A stretch of 64,000 bases of DNA. It comes from an uncultured Rivularia sp. (GTDB lineage Bacteria > Cyanobacteriota > Cyanobacteriia > Cyanobacteriales > Nostocaceae). The DNA lies in contig OY762007.1 in assembly GCA_963665115.1 (NCBI GenBank), positions 5,568,001 through 5,632,000 on the forward strand, read 5' to 3'. Of the stretch, positions 1 through 9,831 are shown piece after piece (positions within the stretch are counted from its first letter, which is position 1; the number at the start of each line of letters is the position of its first letter). A program made the translations under genes and the position numbers. The notes below the pieces were generated by a model. It had not been told where the DNA came from. It worked only from the letters and a program-made list of their open reading frames with translations, and made no database searches.

Positions 1-948
1 TTAGCTTCGAGTCAGGAAAAACTAATGTTGCAGGTGTTAGAAAAGTCTCTGGGGATGATGAAAATGCTTGCGATTCAACTAGCTGTTCGAGTTGTGTCAA
101 AACTTCTTTAGTTGTTTGGAATCGTGCTTTAGGGGTATCTGCCAACATTTTATCGAGTATCCCCGCAAAAGCATCGCTAACATTAGCATATATTCGCCAG
201 TTCCAATCGAGTGAATATCTGTCTATCAAGCAAGTTGGGCTTTTAGCAGTAAGCAATACTAAAGCCGTTACTCCTAATGCATAAATATCACTGGAAGGAG
301 AACACAAACCCAAACTAATTTGTTCTCGGGGAGCATATCCTACTTTTCCGACAAGAGACATATTACCAGCAAATTCTGTTTGATTAAGATTGGTCACTTC
401 GTTGAGTTGAGCTATTTGCTTTCCTACACCAAAATCAATCAGCACGGGTAAATCTCCGTTTTCAGGCAACATTATATTATCAGGAGAAATATCTCGATGA
501 ATTACTTGATGTTGATGAACGTATTCCAAGACTGGTAATAAGTTTTTCAACCAAAATATTACTTCATTTTCTGAAAATTTTTTTCCTTGGTGTTGCCGTT
601 CTTGTAATAACCTTGAATAGGTTTTACCATTTACATATTCTTGCACTAGAAATAACCGGCCTTCTCCTTCAAAACAAGCTAAAAAGCGTGGTATTTGAGG
701 ATGTTCTAATTTGTGAAGAATTTTTGCTTCTCTTTTGAACAAATCGCGACATTTTTCTAGTCCATTGCTACCAGTACCGAAGGGAGCAAATTCTTTTAAG
801 ACGCAAGGTTCATTAAAACGACGGGTATCATGTGCCAAGTAAGTCCGTCCAAGTCCCCCTTGTCCCCTAACATCATTTGAATAATATACCGGCTATCAAC
901 TAAAGTCCCAGAAACTATTTCTGGTTTGGTCATAGGGGGCACAGACAT
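1..948 (-). CDS. Hanks-type Ser/Thr protein kinase, runs off the window start; frameshift in the C4 run at 864-867
   Basis: Manual translation gives MSVPPMTKPEIVSGTLVDSRYIIQMMLG, then after a shift QGGLGRTYLAHDTRRFNEPCVLKEFAP, with later HRDISPDN, IDFGVG and GYAPREQ kinase motifs. Missing from the ORF track. Confidence 0.9.
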
Positions 949-1305
949 TTACTTTCCACTCCTAAAAGTTGCTCTATCTATTGATTTATTAGTTATGAAG
1001 TCCGATTTTATGCAGATAAATTCCCCACACCACATTTTTTCATAGAAAAAGGGATTTTGAAGGAAGATTATTTTTCAGCTTCTCATTTTTTCGGTTCCAT
1101 CTCGTAACTTAGGACAAATTTAATTTTTAATTCGCTTCCAATTATTTAATGATTTCAATCAATAATAATTAAGTATAATTGAGAACCTAGAAAACTCAGT
1201 TAAATTCAGGTTTAAATTTTTTGAAGTTTGATTGGATTTGTTGACCATCTCAATTATCTATCACTATAAATTTGAGATGTTTAGCTAAAACTTAATAAAA
1301 GTTAA

Positions 1306-2193
1306 TTAATCAGTTTGGTTTGTGTTCTTAGAGGTCTTTGGCAGTAAAACAGCGGGTGTTTCCTTAACCCGTACCTCTAAAGGTTTAACTTTTTTGATTA
1401 GCTGAATAAATTGCTTGTATTGAGGAACTTTGATACTAGGAATATAACCAGCATCTGCTGTCATATCTGCTGAAGCTTCACTCATAAATTGCCGGATTTG
1501 TTTTTCGCGATTTCGTTCCACAGTCGGTGATAGCAGTACTAATCCTGGCGGAATCCAACGACTGGTATGTATAATTCTGAACTTTGTTCCGCGAAGCTGC
1601 CGCCGATAAACTTCAAAGTTCTTTTCAGATAAAGCACCAGCATCAACGCTACCTTCTTTTAGCCATTGGAGTACTGTTTTAGGAGTGGGAGCAAAACGGA
1701 TTTCACCCAGAGTTAAACCGTAAAGGTCGTACAAAGGAACATAATAGCCAGCAGCAGAACCTATTTGACCTAAAGCAAGAGTTTTATTCGCTAAATCTGG
1801 TATTTTTTTAATTGGACTATCGTCTCGGACTATCAGTAACGATCGCTGTCTGCTACTGACTTCACCCATTGAAAATAAAGGTTCGTAAAGTTGTTTATCA
1901 ATGGCGATCGCCGCTAAACCTGGGGGTGCAAAAACAATATCCCATTGCTTGCGTCGAATTTGGTCGATAGCTTGTAGTTCGTTATAAGCCGGTTCTAATT
2001 CTACAATTGACTTTGTTTGTAATGCTATATAGTTTTTAAAGCGCTCGTATTTATCGAGTGAAATATCTTCTTCTCCATAGCTGACTACACCTATATTCAC
2101 TTTTTCTGGGAGTATATTCGAGGATTCGCATCCTCCATATAAAAGTGTAAATAATATTAAAAATCCAAATCGCACAAAACCACGTGCAAACAT
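1306..2193 (-). CDS. PhnD-like phosphate/phosphonate-type ABC substrate-binding lipoprotein
   Basis: Lipobox LYGGC; motifs LIVRDDSPIKKIPDLANKTLALG and SAAGYYVP typical of PhnD-family binding proteins. Confidence 0.8.
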   Translation of the reverse strand: MFARGFVRFGFLILFTLLYGGCESSNILPEKVNIGVVSYGEEDISLDKYERFKNYIALQTKSIVELEPAYNELQAIDQIRRKQWDIVFAPPGLAAIAIDKQLYEPLFSMGEVSSRQRSLLIVRDDSPIKKIPDLANKTLALGQIGSAAGYYVPLYDLYGLTLGEIRFAPTPKTVLQWLKEGSVDAGALSEKNFEVYRRQLRGTKFRIIHTSRWIPPGLVLLSPTVERNREKQIRQFMSEASADMTADAGYIPSIKVPQYKQFIQLIKKVKPLEVRVKETPAVLLPKTSKNTNQTD

Positions 2194-2594
2194 ACTTTTT
2201 TCTAAATTTGATTAAATAGCTGCATATTTAATTATCGAGATTCACAAATATATTCAGAACTTAATGTTTCATAATATATACGTATTGTTTCAAAATACCT
2301 ATTGACTAATATAGGCGATATCTGCTTTTTTTAAGTAAATAGATATAAATAATTACAAAATTTGTTCAAAATCAGACAATTATAGTCTCGTGCCTCTATG
2401 GAAAAAATTTTTTTGAGATGTAGCTATTTTAGCTATCTTCAAAGAATAAAATTTTGCATCTAAGTCTTATCCCTACTGCCCACTGCCTACTCCCTCGTCA
2501 TAATTACAATTTTCAATGCCGACTTACTTATCTATGAATGTCTAATTTCAACTTAAGTTAATAATTCATCTTTAATCTAAAATCCAAAATCCAA

Positions 2595-5026
2595 ATGACT
2601 CATAGCTTTGACAAACCAACGCTTGTAAGTCCCGAACCTTATTTAGAATTAAATAATCAAGGTCAAATTTTACGGCTTTATCTGAAGGAAGATGAGCATC
2701 GCTTGGGGGACGCGGACGTGAGTGGGCAGATTTAGATGTTCCTATCGGTTGGGAAGTCGTTTCTAGAAAGCAAGCTGTTTTAAAAAAAGAAGGTAGTGTT
2801 TATCGGCTTTTTGATGGCGATCGCACTAAAGCTAGCCGCAACGGTATTTTGATTAATGGCATCCGAATTGATGCAGCAGGCTGCTTGTTAAAGGATGGAT
2901 TGCAACTTCAAATCGGACAATCGGTTCAGAACCAGATTCAGTTAACTTACTGTCACCCAACTGACATTCCGATGGCTATACCCAGCAATCGGCGTTTGGT
3001 TTTCAAAGGTTTGAAGCAATCCCCTATCCAGTTAGGACGTGCTGCTAACAGCAAGGATTACTCGTCAATGCAGTTGGATGCTCCTACTGTATCCCGCATC
3101 CACGCAACTCTTTTACCGGATGGGCAAGGTGGTTATTTTCTTCAAGATTCCAGCAGTAACGGAACTTTTGTTAACGGCGAAAGAATTTCTAAACGTGCCA
3201 AATTAAGCGATGGCAGCAAAATTCAAATCGGTCCGTTTTCTCTACTTTATACAAAAGAATGTTTAGAATTATTAAATAATGGCAGCCAAGTTCGTCTTGA
3301 CGTTCAGCAGTTACGACGAATTGTCAAAGTAAAAGGCGGCGCTCAAAAAGCTATCCTTGATGATGTTTCTTTGGTAATTGAAACTGGGCAGTTAGTGGCT
3401 TTAGTGGGTGGAAGCGGTGCTGGTAAGTCCACTTTGATGAAATCTTTATTGGGAATTGCTCCGGTGACATCGGGTTCGGTATATCTCAACGGAGATAATT
3501 TACGCAAAAATTGGGCTGTTTATCGCTCTCAAATTGGTTACGTACCTCAAGATGACATCGTACATCCAGATTTACGTGTAGAAGAAGTTTTAGCTTATGC
3601 CTGTAAATTAAGACTTCCCCCCGATACAGATGTGCAAGCAGTAGTAGAAAGAACCCTCGACCAAATCAAATTAACTCACGTCAGAACCAATTTTATTAGC
3701 AACCTTAGTGGGGGACAGCGCAAGCGAGTAAGTATTGGTGTCGAATTACTCGCCGACCCCAAATTATTCTTTCTTGACGAACCTACGTCTGGACTCGATC
3801 CCGGCTTGGATAAAGAGATGATGCGGTTATTGCGGGAGTTAGCAGACCAGGGAAGAACGGTAATATTAGTTACTCACGCTACCGCAAATATTGAAGTTTG
3901 CGACAGAATTACCTTTATGGGTAGAGGTGGTAAATTATGTTACTACGGACCTCCAGGTGATGCGCTAAATTACTTTGAAATGCCGTCGAACGAACTAAAA
4001 TACTTTTCCGATATTTACATTAAATTAGACCAGGGTGGAAGTCCTAAAGAAGTAGTAGAAACAGTAGAATATTGGTCGCAAAGATATCAAAATTCATCAT
4101 ACTTTGAAAAATACGTTGGGAATTTGCTCAAACCGGGGAAAGATACCAAAAAGAAACCCGACGATAAAATTCATACCGGCATATCCCCATTCAAACAGTT
4201 AATATTACTGAGCCAGAGATATTTTCAATTAGTGGCTAGGGATAGCGCCAGTTGGATATTTGCCTTGATATCCGGGCCAATTGCGATCGCATTAACGGCT
4301 TGGATATTAAGAAACGAAACTCCTCTAGGTAAGTTAGATCAATTAGAAATCACTCAACCTCCTTTAGCACTCAAAGTATTATTTATCTTTGCCTGTATTG
4401 GTATTTGGGTAGGACTTTCGAGTTCGGTAAGGGAAATTGTCAAGGAATCTGCTATTTATGCCAGAGAAAGGCTGATTAATTTAGGTTTGCTACCTTATTT
4501 AGCTTCAAAAGTGCTGATTCGTTCCGGTTTAACCTTTTTACAAACTTTATTGATTGTAATAACCGTTGTAATTGGTTTTGAATCGCCAGAATATAATCTC
4601 ATGCCTTGGTCTGTAGGCTTAGGAATCACAACTTTTTTAACATTGCTGGCAAGCGTTAGTCTTAGCTTAATGATTTCCGCAGCAGTCAAGAACGAAAACG
4701 AAGCCAACAGCATACTCCCCTTAATCATGATTCCTCAGATAATTCTTTCCGGGGTGCTATTTGAATTGGAAGGATTATCGGGAAAACTCGGCTGGTTAAC
4801 TATTAGCAGATGGTCGATGGGTGCTTACGGTGCCTTAGTTAACGTTAACGAAATGGTTCCAGCAGCCACTCCAGGGGCACCTTCATTAGACGATATTTTC
4901 GCCGCATCTTCAGTGTATGACGCAACTTTAGATAATTTGGGATTGAATTGGGGAATTCTCAGTTTGCATACGTTAGTTTATTTAACTATCGCGTTAGTGT
5001 TACTCAAGCGGAAAGATATTGTATAG
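2595..5026 (+). CDS. Double-FHA-domain ABC transporter (FHA-FHA-ATPase-ABC2 permease); frameshift in the G5 run at 2705-2709
   Basis: ATG at 2595 reads into HRLG|RGREW...VSRKQA...SRNG (FHA1). The track ORF has FHA2 (LGR..VSRIHA..SSNGTFVNG), Walker A GGSGAGKST, LSGGQ, LDEPT and C-terminal TM helices. Confidence 0.9.
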
Positions 5027-5076
5027 AAAATTGGGAATGGGTAATTAGGGATTGGGGATTGGGAATAGTTAGGAGT

Positions 5077-5345
5077 AGGGAGTAGGGAGTTAGGAGTAGC
5101 AAGTAGCAAGTAGCAAGTAGCAAGTAGCAAGTAGCAAGTAAATCACTTTTTTATTATTGTCATAAATGTAGGTACTTCTGCCCGTCTATTTTTACTCGCG
5201 ACTCCTAACTCCCTACTTGTTACTCACTACTCACTACTCACTACTCACTACTCACTACTCACTACTCACTACTCACTACTCACTACTCACTACTCACTAC
5301 TCACTACTCACTACTCACTACTCACTACTTTAATAATGTCCCCTT
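5077..5345 (+). repeat. Composite dispersed repeat, copy 1: (GGAGTAG)/(AGTAGCA)n, conserved core, (CACTACT)n, TTTAATAATGTC
   Basis: Core AAATCACTTTTT..GTCATAAATGT..GTCTATTTTTACTC recurs at ~37290 (+) and ~41630 (-). Confidence 0.85.
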
Positions 5346-5479
5346 GTCCGCGCATCTCCACATCACTATATAACTAGAGATAAGAGGTGAGCCTACCTTA
5401 AACTAGAGTATGAGAGTGTAATGGTTGACTCTTATACTAAATCATGGTAGAAAATATTCTTTTTTTGGAGTAGATAAAA

Positions 5480-5671
5480 ATGGGTGGAATTATTGGTGGT
5501 TTGCTAATTGTGGCTTACGTAGGCGGAGTTTGGAAGTTTTGGACTGGATTTAGAAGAACTAATTTCAGCAACAGCTTAACAAATCGTCTTGCTTTATCAT
5601 TGTTATGGCCAGCTTGCTTTGTTGGGAGTAAATCCTATCGTAGAAATTTTACAAAAGCCCTCAAAGGTTAG
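5480..5671 (+). CDS. Small conserved cyanobacterial membrane protein (63 aa)
   Basis: GGAG RBS upstream; two hydrophobic segments; motifs WKFWTGFRRTNF and SYRRNFTKALKG. Confidence 0.75.
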   Translation: MGGIIGGLLIVAYVGGVWKFWTGFRRTNFSNSLTNRLALSLLWPACFVGSKSYRRNFTKALKG

Positions 5672-5716
5672 CAATTATTTTGATGTTTCTACAAAATATA
5701 TGAGGAAACAAACAAA

Positions 5717-5752
5717 ATTGTCAGAAGAATAAAATCTCTGGCAATCTTTTTT
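5717..5752 (+). terminator. Putative intrinsic terminator
   Basis: Stem ATTGTCAGA(A)GA...TCTCTGGCAAT followed by CTTTTTT, downstream of the 63-aa gene. Confidence 0.5.
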
Positions 5753-5792
5753 ATCAAAACATATTGTAGTGGGAGCATCTTGCTCCCTATTT

Positions 5793-5940
5793 CCCAATTA
5801 CCAATTCTCAATTACCAACTCTCAATTACCAATTACCAATTACCAATTACCAATTATCAATGCCCAATTATCAATGCCCAATTATCAATGCTCAATTCCC
5901 AATGCCCAATTATCAATGCCCAATTATCAATGCCCAATTT
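5793..5940. repeat. STRR-type tandem heptamer array (CCAATTA / TGCCCAA-TTATCAA)
   Basis: Directly visible tandem heptamers. Confidence 0.9.
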
Positions 5941-7113
5941 TTATTTCTTCCGCCTTCTTTTAATAACTTGCTCGCGTACTTGTTGATTTAATAAGTAACC
6001 AAAACCAGCTTTTTCTAAACGATGAACAAATTCATCATAATTATTTCCTAAAGCTTTCGCAGTCGCATCAATATTCCAATTATATTCGGCCAATTTACTA
6101 AGTAAGTAAACTCGCTTGGTTTGTGCGTTAGATAAACGGAAAGTTTTTAAATATTCTAATTCTCCATTCTCCCTAACAATCGCTTCTCCAATATGATTTT
6201 CTTCTTTAAGCTGTATATCGGTAATAAAACGCTGTAATCTAAATGGCCCGACATTGTAAACAATTTTAGATTGCAATTGACGATTTAGAATTCCTTCAGC
6301 CATGAAACCTTGAAAAGATGCCCAATCCGTTCGCATTTTTTCGATAGCTAATCTTAAATTTGCTAAATTATCAATCTCCGATTCATTTACTGATACATCC
6401 ATAGGAAAAGTTGTATCGTACAGCAAACCGTATTGATAAATTAATTCACCATAAAAATCTTCTAATAAACTCCTATGTAGCAAACGATAATCTTCTGGAG
6501 TGGGAACTACAAAAGCCGATGCTAAAGCTTCCGCGACAAAAATTAAAACTCCAACTTGTTTGGGATAAATTTCAAATACCCTTAAAGCATCTTCCAATCT
6601 AGCAATATAACGTCCTCCTACAGCAGTTTCGTAACGACAACCTAATCCATGTGAAAGAGCATACTTAGAATATTCGCTCCAAGCAATATCGGGGCCAGAA
6701 AAAAACATGGAAAGAAAACCTTCCATTGCCAAATGTAGCGGTAAGAATCTTAATTGATGATTTGACTCTCGTTTTCTCATACGATGCATTAAACGCACGC
6801 TAGCACAACCGGAATCAAGTCTTTTACCGTCAGATTTTGATTTCTGCATTTGTCCCCCGAAAGCAGCTAACGGGCTACCATCATCAGTCCAAGACATCAC
6901 TAACCCGTGGGGAACGTAGGAATAAGAATTAATATCTTTTTCTAAAGAAACAACAGTTAAATCTTCATCATAAGAACGTTTCATTAAACGTAAATCGCTG
7001 CGTACATTACGTCTGAGCAACGGCACAATTCGCACTGCACCGCGCACTTGAGAAGGAGCGATTTCTAATCCTTTTAAAGATATATCTGTTAGTAAATTCT
7101 TTTTTTGTGCCAC
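5941..7113 (-). CDS. ARPP-2-like domain protein with C-terminal Fis-like HTH
   Basis: N-terminus APSQVRGAVRIVPL and QVGVLIFVAEALASAF resemble the ARPP family as I recall it; C-terminal YNWNIDATAKALG is HTH-like. Family call not verified by search. Confidence 0.6.
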   Translation of the reverse strand: MAQKKNLLTDISLKGLEIAPSQVRGAVRIVPLLRRNVRSDLRLMKRSYDEDLTVVSLEKDINSYSYVPHGLVMSWTDDGSPLAAFGGQMQKSKSDGKRLDSGCASVRLMHRMRKRESNHQLRFLPLHLAMEGFLSMFFSGPDIAWSEYSKYALSHGLGCRYETAVGGRYIARLEDALRVFEIYPKQVGVLIFVAEALASAFVVPTPEDYRLLHRSLLEDFYGELIYQYGLLYDTTFPMDVSVNESEIDNLANLRLAIEKMRTDWASFQGFMAEGILNRQLQSKIVYNVGPFRLQRFITDIQLKEENHIGEAIVRENGELEYLKTFRLSNAQTKRVYLLSKLAEYNWNIDATAKALGNNYDEFVHRLEKAGFGYLLNQQVREQVIKRRRKK

Positions 7114-7147
7114 TTTTAATCAATTATCAATGAACAATTATCAATTA

Positions 7148-7525
7148 TCAGTTGTTGTGGTTTATTCTTGTCTTTTTTAGAATTGAAAAAAGTAATCTTG
7201 CAATTTCGTCTGCATCTTTATAAATACTTTGAAAAGCTTTGTCAGTAATATAATCTGTATCTTTGAGAAGACAAAGCCAATACTTGGTTTCGAGACACTC
7301 TTTATACGCTATGGATAATTTAGCGGAAAAATCGGCTGTATAAATAGCTCCGTTTGCTTCTGAAACATTAGCTCCAATAGATGTTCCGCTCCTCATCAGT
7401 TGTTTTGATAAAATATATTCTTTCTTTTTTTCGGTGAGATATTTATAAGCATTAACGGTTCTAATAGCGAACTTATAAGACTTATCATAAAGAACATTAT
7501 TACTAAAATAATATTGCTGACTCAT
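7148..7525 (-). CDS. Four-helix-bundle protein (23S rRNA IVS / Avd-like family)
   Basis: Signature KQLMRSGTSIGANVSEA...ADFSAKLSIAYKECLETKYWL. Confidence 0.9.
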   Translation of the reverse strand: MSQQYYFSNNVLYDKSYKFAIRTVNAYKYLTEKKKEYILSKQLMRSGTSIGANVSEANGAIYTADFSAKLSIAYKECLETKYWLCLLKDTDYITDKAFQSIYKDADEIARLLFSILKKTRINHNN

Positions 7526-7640
7526 ATATATATATATTAAAAATTACACAGTATTCCTTACTCCTTAATAACCTAAAACTATTAATATTTTATCGACCAC
7601 CATTAAACATTCACCGACAATTGATAATAGCTGATTTATG

Positions 7641-9092
7641 TTAACTACTTCTTGATAATTGATAATTGTTAATTGATAATTGATAACTGACTCTATTTGA
7701 TAAATATTCTTCCAACTCCGATAAAGAAGCAGAGCCATTTGCAAACTGAGCAAAACCCAACATTGTTGGTAAATCTTCAGCATCTCGCAATCCGACGGTG
7801 GGAATGTCGGGACATAATGAGCGCACGGAAAAGTCGTCGGAGTTGAAAACTGGATTGCAGTGAACTATTGAGGTACGGTTATTTATATCTAAACGCTTCC
7901 TAAAAATGCTTAATACCTGCGCTGCTCCGCAAGGTGGGTCATTTTCGCAACCATCGGATACAATCACTACTAAGTCTGCGCCCCATTCTAATGCATCTAA
8001 TAAAGGTGTTGCTAAGTCGGATTGTCCGCGAGGACTTACTTGCAATGGATCTGCTGGAGGTAGCGTCCAAAAATCTTGATATTCTTTAGCTGCGGTTTTT
8101 AACAAATAGTGAGTAGCTAAAGCGACACCCAATGGACGACGGCGCTTTTCGGAAGAACCATAACTGGAGTAGCTGCAATCTAAAACTGCTGCGACTCGCT
8201 GTAATTTCATTGGTGCTTTTCTCAATATTTTTTGAGCAGATTTTTCTAGAGCTTGATTGAGAATATCCCGTTTTTGTTTTCGAGTGTTCGCGGGTAAGGA
8301 AAGTATATATAGTGCTAATTTAGTTAAAGGTAGTCGAGCTAAATCTAAATCAATGTTGATTTTGGCGCTACAAGCCGCATTTTGAAACCGTAATTTTTCG
8401 TTCAAAGTCATCCTTTCTTGGATGCGGGTTAAGAAAACTTCGCGTTTAATTTTATGCTTTGCTGCTAAACCTTCAGCAACGGTAAATGGCAATTGATATA
8501 CAGCTTCAGCGCTAAAATGAGCTTGACGAAAGTTTTCAAATAATTCTGTTTGATATGCTTTTTGTTTCCAGTTCCGAAACAGAAAATTACTTAATTCTCC
8601 TTGAAGTTTCAAGTGTGCGTGAGTAACTATTGCCCGTACTTTAGAACGATATTTCACCGCATCAAAATCAATATTGCGGCGATAATTCAGATAATCGCGG
8701 GCGATCGCCCGACTGCGACGGTTGTTGATTTTTCGTTGTCTCAACTGCTGCAATACTCCCCAAGCCCGCTGGGTTGGTAGTTGTTGCAATGCCGAAGCAA
8801 TCAACGCGCCTTCTTCTTGCCGATGTTGTGCAGATGTATTTTTTCCCGTAGCCAATAAGTTTAAAATTATCTGTACTTGATTAAAATGATTAATTCCTGC
8901 TGCCAAAGTCCGAGCATAGAGCAAGCGGTAATTACCTAAAATATATTCATGCAGAAAATTAATTGAAACCTTCTGTCCGTAAGCATCATCATAAAATTCC
9001 CTCTGCCCCGTACAGGACAAACAAGCATTAATAAACATAACCAAATCTTCCCGCGCAACAACTTCGGCACGGTTATTTAACGCAGTATTCAT
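7641..9092 (-). CDS. TROVE/Ro60-like protein: basic helical N-terminal region plus C-terminal vWA domain
   Basis: vWA MIDAS elements VAAVLDCSYSS (DxSxS), GQSDLATPL and VVIVSDGCEND; Arg/Lys-rich helical N-terminal ~290 aa starting TGQREFY. This is the Ro60/Rsr architecture; the TROVE call is inferred. Confidence 0.65.
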   Translation of the reverse strand: MNTALNNRAEVVAREDLVMFINACLSCTGQREFYDDAYGQKVSINFLHEYILGNYRLLYARTLAAGINHFNQVQIILNLLATGKNTSAQHRQEEGALIASALQQLPTQRAWGVLQQLRQRKINNRRSRAIARDYLNYRRNIDFDAVKYRSKVRAIVTHAHLKLQGELSNFLFRNWKQKAYQTELFENFRQAHFSAEAVYQLPFTVAEGLAAKHKIKREVFLTRIQERMTLNEKLRFQNAACSAKINIDLDLARLPLTKLALYILSLPANTRKQKRDILNQALEKSAQKILRKAPMKLQRVAAVLDCSYSSYGSSEKRRRPLGVALATHYLLKTAAKEYQDFWTLPPADPLQVSPRGQSDLATPLLDALEWGADLVVIVSDGCENDPPCGAAQVLSIFRKRLDINNRTSIVHCNPVFNSDDFSVRSLCPDIPTVGLRDAEDLPTMLGFAQFANGSASLSELEEYLSNRVSYQLSINNYQLSRSS

Positions 9093-9292
9093 AGGGAGTA
9101 GAAAGTAGGGAGTTAGGAGTAGGGAGTTAGGAGTTGGGAGTAGTGAGTAGAAAGTAGTGAGTTGGGAGTAGTGAGTTAGGAGTTGGGAGTAATAAGTAGT
9201 GAGTTAGGAGTAGGGAGTTAGGAGTAGGGAGTAATAAGTAGGGAGTAGAAAGTAGGGAGTTAGGAGTAGGGAGTAGAAAGTAGTGAGTAGAA
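9093..9292. repeat. STRR heptamer array (GGAGTAG / GGAGTTA / AGTAGTG variants)
   Basis: Tandem degenerate heptamers filling the gap between the RNA hairpin and the TROVE-like start codon. Confidence 0.9.
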
Positions 9293-9332
9293 ACTACATA
9301 ATTAATCCAAAATCTAAAATTGAAGAGGGGGA

Positions 9333-9419
9333 TGCTGTTCGGGGAAAGGCGGCACGACTGGCTATGACCATTTGTAAGTGGGATTCGGAAGTCGCACCAT
9401 AGTCCCCCCGCGAACAGCA
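9333..9419 (-). ncRNA. Candidate structured ncRNA (Y-RNA-like) upstream of the TROVE-like gene
   Basis: GC-rich island. Minus-strand fold: UGCUGUUCG/CGAACAGCA (9 bp), bulged C, GGGGGG/UUUCCC, internal loop, GGUGCGACU/AGUCGUGCC (9 bp), 30-nt apical region. The G-U pairs only form on the minus strand. Confidence 0.6.
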
Positions 9420-9468
9420 AGACTGATAATAATTTGTAATTATTTGTAATGATTAATTATTAAGTTTA

Positions 9469-9831
9469 TTAAGCGTGGCAGAATTCACAATTAAACAGTT
9501 TCTGCAATAAATATTCAGTATATTCCTCAAGCTCAGTTACGAATACACCCGTTTCGCTTTCCGCTTCTGATGTTACCCAAATACCTTTTAAAACAACTTC
9601 AACCGACTCGGCATCACAACGGCAGAACTCTACTATATTTTCGCTGTTGATTTTATTTAGTTCACTAATGAAAAACGATGCTGGTACTAAAATAGAGGCC
9701 GTACTAGATTCAATATTAATACTGACAGTACTCCGTATACTTATAAGTACTCTGGTATTTATCCAGTCTTCTAAGGATTGTTTTAAGCAATCTAAGCTTA
9801 TCTTATCGTCGGTATAAGTAAGTTTTAACAT
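9469..9831 (-). CDS. alr0857-family cyanobacterial protein
   Basis: MLKLTYT...LEDWINTRV...STAS...VEVVLKGIWV...GVFV pattern recalled for this family. Confidence 0.7.
   Translation of the reverse strand: MLKLTYTDDKISLDCLKQSLEDWINTRVLISIRSTVSINIESSTASILVPASFFISELNKINSENIVEFCRCDAESVEVVLKGIWVTSEAESETGVFVTELEEYTEYLLQKLFNCEFCHA

Noticed and set aside
5222..5328. Long tandem arrays as a possible CRISPR array
   Set aside because: Units are 7 bp with no unique spacers and there are no cas genes; these are STRR-type repeats.
5769..5986. Two plus-strand ORFs of 64 and 68 aa
   Set aside because: They are translations of the heptamer array (NYQLPIT / NAQLSMP periodicity).
7148..7525. Diversity-generating retroelement suggested by the Avd-like gene
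   Set aside because: No reverse transcriptase and no template/variable repeat pair seen in the window.
9333..9419. Hairpin as a tRNA gene or as the terminator of the alr0857-like gene
   Set aside because: No cloverleaf, T-loop or CCA end. It is too long and multi-helical for a terminator and is followed by CCCCCUCUUC rather than a U tract.
9127..9420. 97-aa minus-strand ORF
   Set aside because: It spans the RNA hairpin and the STRR array; LLPTPNS repeats are repeat read-through and there is no RBS.
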